Source: the human T2T-CHM13v2.0 reference genome, Homo sapiens. Taken from it: a DNA stretch of 64,000 bases. Positions 58,411-64,000 of the stretch are shown here, piece after piece; position 1 is the stretch's first letter; each line of letters starts with the position of its first letter. The DNA lies in the NCBI RefSeq assembly GCF_009914755.1, contig NC_060926.1; one strand, written 5' to 3'. A model generated the notes under the pieces. The model was not told the DNA's origin. It did not search any database and saw only the letters and a program-made list of their open reading frames with translations. The translations under genes were made by a program, and so were the position numbers.

Positions 58411-58599
58411 GGTATATTTGTGGTTTACAACACAACCAGACTGCACAGTTAAGCTACGCACATCTTTGTGTATATGTATATATGCAAACACCAATAAAAA
58501 TAAAAATAAAAAATATTATTTTATACACATTAGTTTATTTTCTATAAAATATCTGCAACCAAAGTTCGGTTTTAGAAGAGTACGAATTACACGCATATT
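58411..58599 (+). repeat. Direct-repeat copy 2
   Basis: Aligns to 56794-56990, roughly 85% identical by eye over the core. Confidence 0.92.
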
Positions 58600-59834
58600 A
58601 TAGAATACAGGAAGATGTACATCAAAGGATACACATGGTACTTTAAGTGTTAACATGGTGAAATATTTTAGATATGTAAGCCAAAAAAGATTGACTGTAT
58701 TAAAATGGAGGAGACTATGTGTGAATGTACACATATGTTTATATTTGCTAGCAGATTACCTGAAATATCAATGTTATTTTTTCCTTGACGTTTATAATTT
58801 CTGAGTATTTGTTAAAGAGACTAAACCTAGAGACAATAATTTTGATGACATTTAGAAATTTGTTTATGATAGATTTTATGAGGGTAAATACAAATTTTAT
58901 GGAGTACAGACTTTTGACAACACTTTTCAGGATTTTTTTTGCCTGTGGTACACAATTAACTTAGAATTCGAGCCAATGCACTGCCCTTGACTATATAGCA
59001 TATGTTGTTAATGGTTGTTGGCTGGTTTTGCTGAATAAGTTTATAAAGTTGTTGCAGCATATTTTCTTCACCAAAAAAAGAAAATAAATAATGCTTCTGT
59101 CATGTTATTTTAAGGACATCATTTTAAAGTTAGTTTCATTCCTAGTGGAAAACTCTGCAATGCGATAGTAGTAGCATTGAACTAAGGTTAAAAATAAGGT
59201 GAAAAATATCAAGATGATTCTGTGAAGCTTTTAAAAATGTGAAAAGTGTATTTTTGGAAATAGCTTTATAAAAGTTTACTCTGTGGGGAAATGGCCATAT
59301 GGGACAATGATGAAGGGATATAGTTAATGAATATCATAACTTATGTTATATAGAGGTTAGATGCTATTTGTATAAATTAGGGATATATCACCTTTTAACT
59401 GAAGCCGAACATCACCATTTGAAGTCAACACAAGTTAAAACTACATTATCATTACAAATGCACTGAAAAGGGTAAAGATACAAAGTACTTTTTTTCCTAT
59501 TGACTATCATAAAAAGAAGTTTTTGAATTCTGTTCTCCATCAGTATATTTAGATGAGTTATATATTGCATTAGTTGGTAAAATGGTTTTAGCCTAAGAAG
59601 AGAAGACAAGTCTTGGCAAAATAATCAGCATTTGAAAATATGCCAAGACCATGCACAATGGGGTACTAATATTTGTCCTGTTTAACTTATAAGAGTTGGA
59701 TGTAAAGGAATAGTCATAAAATCTACTGAGAATTAGCATAAGAAAATGCTTGCAGTAATGTGCTATAAAAGATAGAAGTAGTAGGATAAGAACTGAGTGA
59801 CTCAGGCCTTGAAAAGGTATATTATCCTAGGTCT

Positions 59835-60326
59835 TTAGAAAATCAACTTTATTCAGGAATAATTTACCTACAATAAAATTCACAAGTTTGTGACCCTACT
59901 CAAATCAAAATATAGAATATTTCTATCTTTGTACTTGCCATCCTCACCCTCACCTTCACCCAAGACTATCAGTGATCTGATTATATTACCCTAAGTTTGT
60001 TTTGCCTGTTCAAAAATTTTATATAAATGAAACCATACAGTGCAGATTCATTTATAGCTAGCTTATTTCACTCAATGTAACAATGGTGAGATTCACCCAC
60101 GTTGTTGCAATATTAGAAGTTTGTTTTTATCTCTGAGTTGATTTCCAGTGTATGAATGTATCCTTTTTTAAAAAAATTCATTTCCTTGTTGAGGAATATT
60201 TGTGTTATTTCTAGGTTTTTTGATTATTATAAATAAAACTTCCATAAACATTCATATAGAACTCTGTCTGCAGACATATGTTTTCATTTCTCTTGGGTAA
60301 ATACCTAGGAATAAAATTACTGTGTC
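59835..60326 (-). mobile_element. L1MB/MC-type 3' region, followed by a short inverted copy at 60332-60412
   Basis: gagattcacccacgttgttgca; catatgttttcatttctcttgggtaaatacctagga. Confidence 0.85.
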
Positions 60327-61290
60327 ACCTACCTAGTATTTACTCATGAGAAATGAAAACATATGCACACACAAAACATTTCCTTGCTAATGTTCAGAGC
60401 AGCTGCATTATTTATTTTGTTTCACCTTATTTTTAAAAAATCTCCTTTGAACCAGAGGATGAGATTGAATATGAATGGATGGGGCAGGTATTCTCTTTAC
60501 TTGTTAAGGAATCAATGATTTCATGGTCAAACATCCCGTGAACTAGCTAAAATGAGAGTGGTATGACAGAGAGGAGGATACATATTGATCTCTGGGGTTT
60601 TCAAGGCTCTGAGATAGGAAAAGCTGGGTTGTGCCTAGAGTGGATGTAGTGGAAGAAACGGTGCGTTGCTGTGATTGTATTGATGTGGAGGTAGACTAGG
60701 TAGAGTCAGCAGCATGATCGGTCTCTACTTTTCCTAGAGTGGCAGCAGCAATGACAGCAGCAGCTCAGTTATCAACTTTGACTCCTAAGGCACAAGTGGC
60801 AGCACAGTGTTGATGAGCAGACAGATCTGCCCAGTAGTCATGCCACAAGGAGGTGGCAAACAGCAAATAGCGCTGGCATAAAGGAATCTATTCAGATCAC
60901 TGTACCTCAAGAAGGTCCCAGAAATAACTGGAGAAATGACTCTTTGTGTAGGGAGTTAATATCTGGTGAGTAGGCCTTGGAGGCAATAATCTAATAATGT
61001 GGATATAAAAACTACATTTGTTTTCATGTTGTTGTCACTGATGGAAGACGACAGTGGAAATGGGATTTATTTTTATTGATTCAGGTAATTCATATGTTTA
61101 GGGTTTATAATACAGGGCCTTACAAACATTAGCATAAAACATAGCAGCTCAGGATATATTCTTACTGAATAATTCTACTAGGTTCATTCAGTTTTGGAAA
61201 CTCTCAGAAATTAATGGTAAAATCTGTTTAAATATTTCTACAATGCAGGCTTATATAATTATATGAGGCTGTGCCCACTGGTTTCGAACA

Positions 61291-61977
61291 TTATTTTGTT
61301 TTCTCTATGTACTCCATTATACTAATAAAAAATATTGAGATTCCCCACCAGTTTCTGGGACTAATGTTTCTTCTGAAACAGTCCACAATTTTTCTCCTAT
61401 TTTTCTGGGTCCCAAGGCATTTTTCAGCATTTCTCAGTTCAGAATTCCAGTTATAATGAGTACTTATTATTTTAGTAGAATTGAAGTCAAAGTATTGTAA
61501 GACAGGCATTACAGTTACACATTTTGAGTAGGTCTTAACTCTGCTATTACACTCACAAGGTAACTGAGAATAAGAAATCCATTGCTGGGTGTATTGCAAC
61601 TGGCATGCTAAATTACAGTTGTAGAATGTAAAAAGAACATGGTTCCATCCTTTTTTCTTTAAGCAGGTAGAATTTAATTTTAATTTTGGCTTTTGCTCTG
61701 TCATGTAAAGATCACTATGCCTTAGAATGTTAGTGTCTTCTCTGTAATTATAACTAGTACATTTGAAATCACAAAACCATAACAAAGAGCATCTTTCTAA
61801 ATGCCTCTGTAGAGTATAGGTTATCACTGGCCATGCAGGCTTACCTCCCACTCTTAACATTGTGCCATTAGTAGCTAAAAATATTCCTCTAATATATGGC
61901 TGCTGTAATAACAGGTACACACAGATATTTTTGGTGCTTAGGTTTGAGAACTGACCAGAAATCTTTACTAAAAGCAA
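61291..61977 (-). other. 228-codon open reading frame of unknown significance (TTG start; first ATG at codon 40)
   Basis: Longest ORF in the window, in apparently non-repeat DNA. No recognisable domain. Confidence 0.15.
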
Positions 61978-62185
61978 AATGTCTTCTTCCTAATTGCTGT
62001 TTGCCAGGTGCAATGGTCGGCAGCTCTTATTAAGGTCTACCTCTGGGCTACATTTGAAATAAGCTTAAAATTTCCTTTTCAGTCTAGACATGTTCCTCTT
62101 CCACTCATGCTATATGAAGTCTGTGAATATCAGTCCTTCATATGATAATAAGAAAATCAGTTTGTATTCGATGATCTTCTTTAAC

Positions 62186-62951
62186 TCCTTACTAGGCATC
62201 ATAAAATCATTATTTTATAGAAATTATTAACTATATGGCATTCTAAGTAAGAAAAGTTTGATTTTATATCCCTGTTCCTATTGAAAGTAGATCCATGTCA
62301 AACATATAAATCTAATCCATTAATAATATTTCTTAAATAATATTTGTTCTTATTGTCCTAATTTCAGTTTTATGAGATTTAAATTGTACAATATGTTGAC
62401 ATAGAAGGAAAAAGATTCTCGGAGTTCCAGATGTTACACACGGATCATATAAAGTGTTTCTGGGGTATACAGAAACTGAGAATAACACTCAGTATTGATA
62501 TCAGAGATGTGGTCAGTTCCTTGGAGAAGAAGAGAACATGAAGCCTTATGACACTCCCATGACTTTCCCACAGAGAGCAGCTATGATTTTTGTATATCTT
62601 TCTTTCCAAAATAAAGAAAATTAAATAAAAGACAGAGACCACTTGAGATTTCCCATCAGTCTTATGATCATCTTGACAAGAATTAATAAGACCAGGCATC
62701 TTACTTACATTTTTTACATCAGAAATAAAATTGTTACGAACTCTAACATACTTTTGAAAAATTGAGGAAAACAAAAAGCCTTGTTAACCTGAAAGTGATG
62801 TACATGACTCATTATTGTTCCAACCCAACCTACCTCTTCCCCTTCACCTCCAGCATTTTTGAAATGAGCTCTTTTCCCACAACAGCCAACAGTGCACAGC
62901 ATGTGGGTGCCCTGTCCCTCTCATGCCTCCACAGATTCATAGATGTAGTTA
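62186..62951 (-). repeat. Inverted-repeat arm 2, probable source copy
   Basis: Reverse complement aligns to 55499-56270. Embedded in apparently unique sequence rather than inside a TE. Confidence 0.95.
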
Positions 62952-64000
62952 CATTGCCCTAGAAGGTTCTTTCTTTTATTTTCCCTCTTATAACCGTCTA
63001 AGTAAAGGTCCACCATAGCACTTCTCACCTTGTATGGTAAGTATTCATTGGGCTGTCCCTAGGAGAAAGCTGAAAGAAACTTTGATGCAAAAGTGAATCT
63101 TACTTGGATATGAATATGTGATACATCTCACATTTCTGACACATAGTACATAATCAGTAAGCACCTACTGAATAAATGGAATTTCACCGCCAAAGCTCCA
63201 TAAGCTATGGATATAGACATAGAAACACATTTTTAAAAATTGAGACTCTGTCTTCAGGCCTAGCAGTTCAAATTTATGCTATTATATCAACATTGGATCA
63301 ATCTAAAGAACTCCGACGTGTGATTCAAAATGTTACTAAGCTATGCATTATTAATGTAATACTAGATAGGAAGGGAGTGATATGATTTCTGAATATGAAA
63401 CATTACTTACTAATATTGTGAAGGAAAGAGAAATGAAGAGATTATACACTTTACAATGGCATTACACTATCTCAAATAAACATATCCTAGAATTTGTCTC
63501 ATTTGATTCTTTTCCTTTTCCTGATAACACACGAGAGGAGCTTAGTAATACTTTGAGGATATTTGTTCCTCTAGGGACCAAATGAAATGCTCTCGCTTTT
63601 AACTTATTTTAATGGACCTTTAAATGTGAATCATAATATCTGAAAACTTATATTTTAAGGCAATGAATTCCAAACATAAGTTTTTAAATAAGACTAGAAT
63701 ATTTTACAAGTACTAGAGAAGAAATAATATCACATGAAACCAACAACTTTAAACTTACTATATTTTTCCCAGAAAGCAGTAGATCTTTATATATGCTGAG
63801 ATTTCCTTTGAAAGAATTTTCGTACGATTTGATTGCTATGAAACAAAAAAGTATGATTTTCAAAATTAAGTGTAAGAACATTGTTGTGATGTTTTATTCA
63901 TTCATAAAATATTTACAGACAAATAAAGATATACCTTTAAGTGTGGCTGAGAAATCAATACTCAACTCAGAATATAGATGGGAAAGTGTAAACCAAAAAT

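Noticed and set aside
60440-60890. Purine/CAG-rich stretch as a possible exon
   Set aside because: No ORF of 60 aa or more and no convincing splice pair. It may be a very old LTR, but I cannot assign it.
62840-62880. Minus-strand translation KELISKMLEV resembling a CAMK/DCLK kinase C-lobe
   Set aside because: Only about ten residues match, the flanks are unrelated and a stop follows; most likely chance.
55499-62951. Inverted arms as terminal inverted repeats of a 7.4-kb DNA transposon
   Set aside because: No TSD and no transposase-like ORF. The host L1 continues inside the arms (from 56271), which is incompatible with a single inserted element.

Overview
AT-rich, CpG-poor primate genomic DNA, most likely human or great ape (AluY/AluS/AluJ, L1PA, THE1, MST and MLT2A elements). 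It looks intergenic or deep intronic. I recognise no protein-coding exon, RNA gene or CpG island. Most of the window is layered transposon fossils: old L1M elements (one near full length, ~22.3-29.6 kb), younger L1PA fragments (one 5'-inverted), about ten Alu/FLAM copies, many solo LTRs, L2/MIR remnants and STRs. Subfamily names come from my memory of consensus sequences, not from a search. The most unusual structure is at 55.5-63 kb. A ~770-bp apparently non-repeat segment (62186-62951) has an inverted, diverged copy (55499-56270) that replaces part of an old L1. Between the two arms lie a ~190-bp direct duplication flanking a 1.4-kb block, an L1-derived fold-back hairpin and an unexplained 228-codon ORF.
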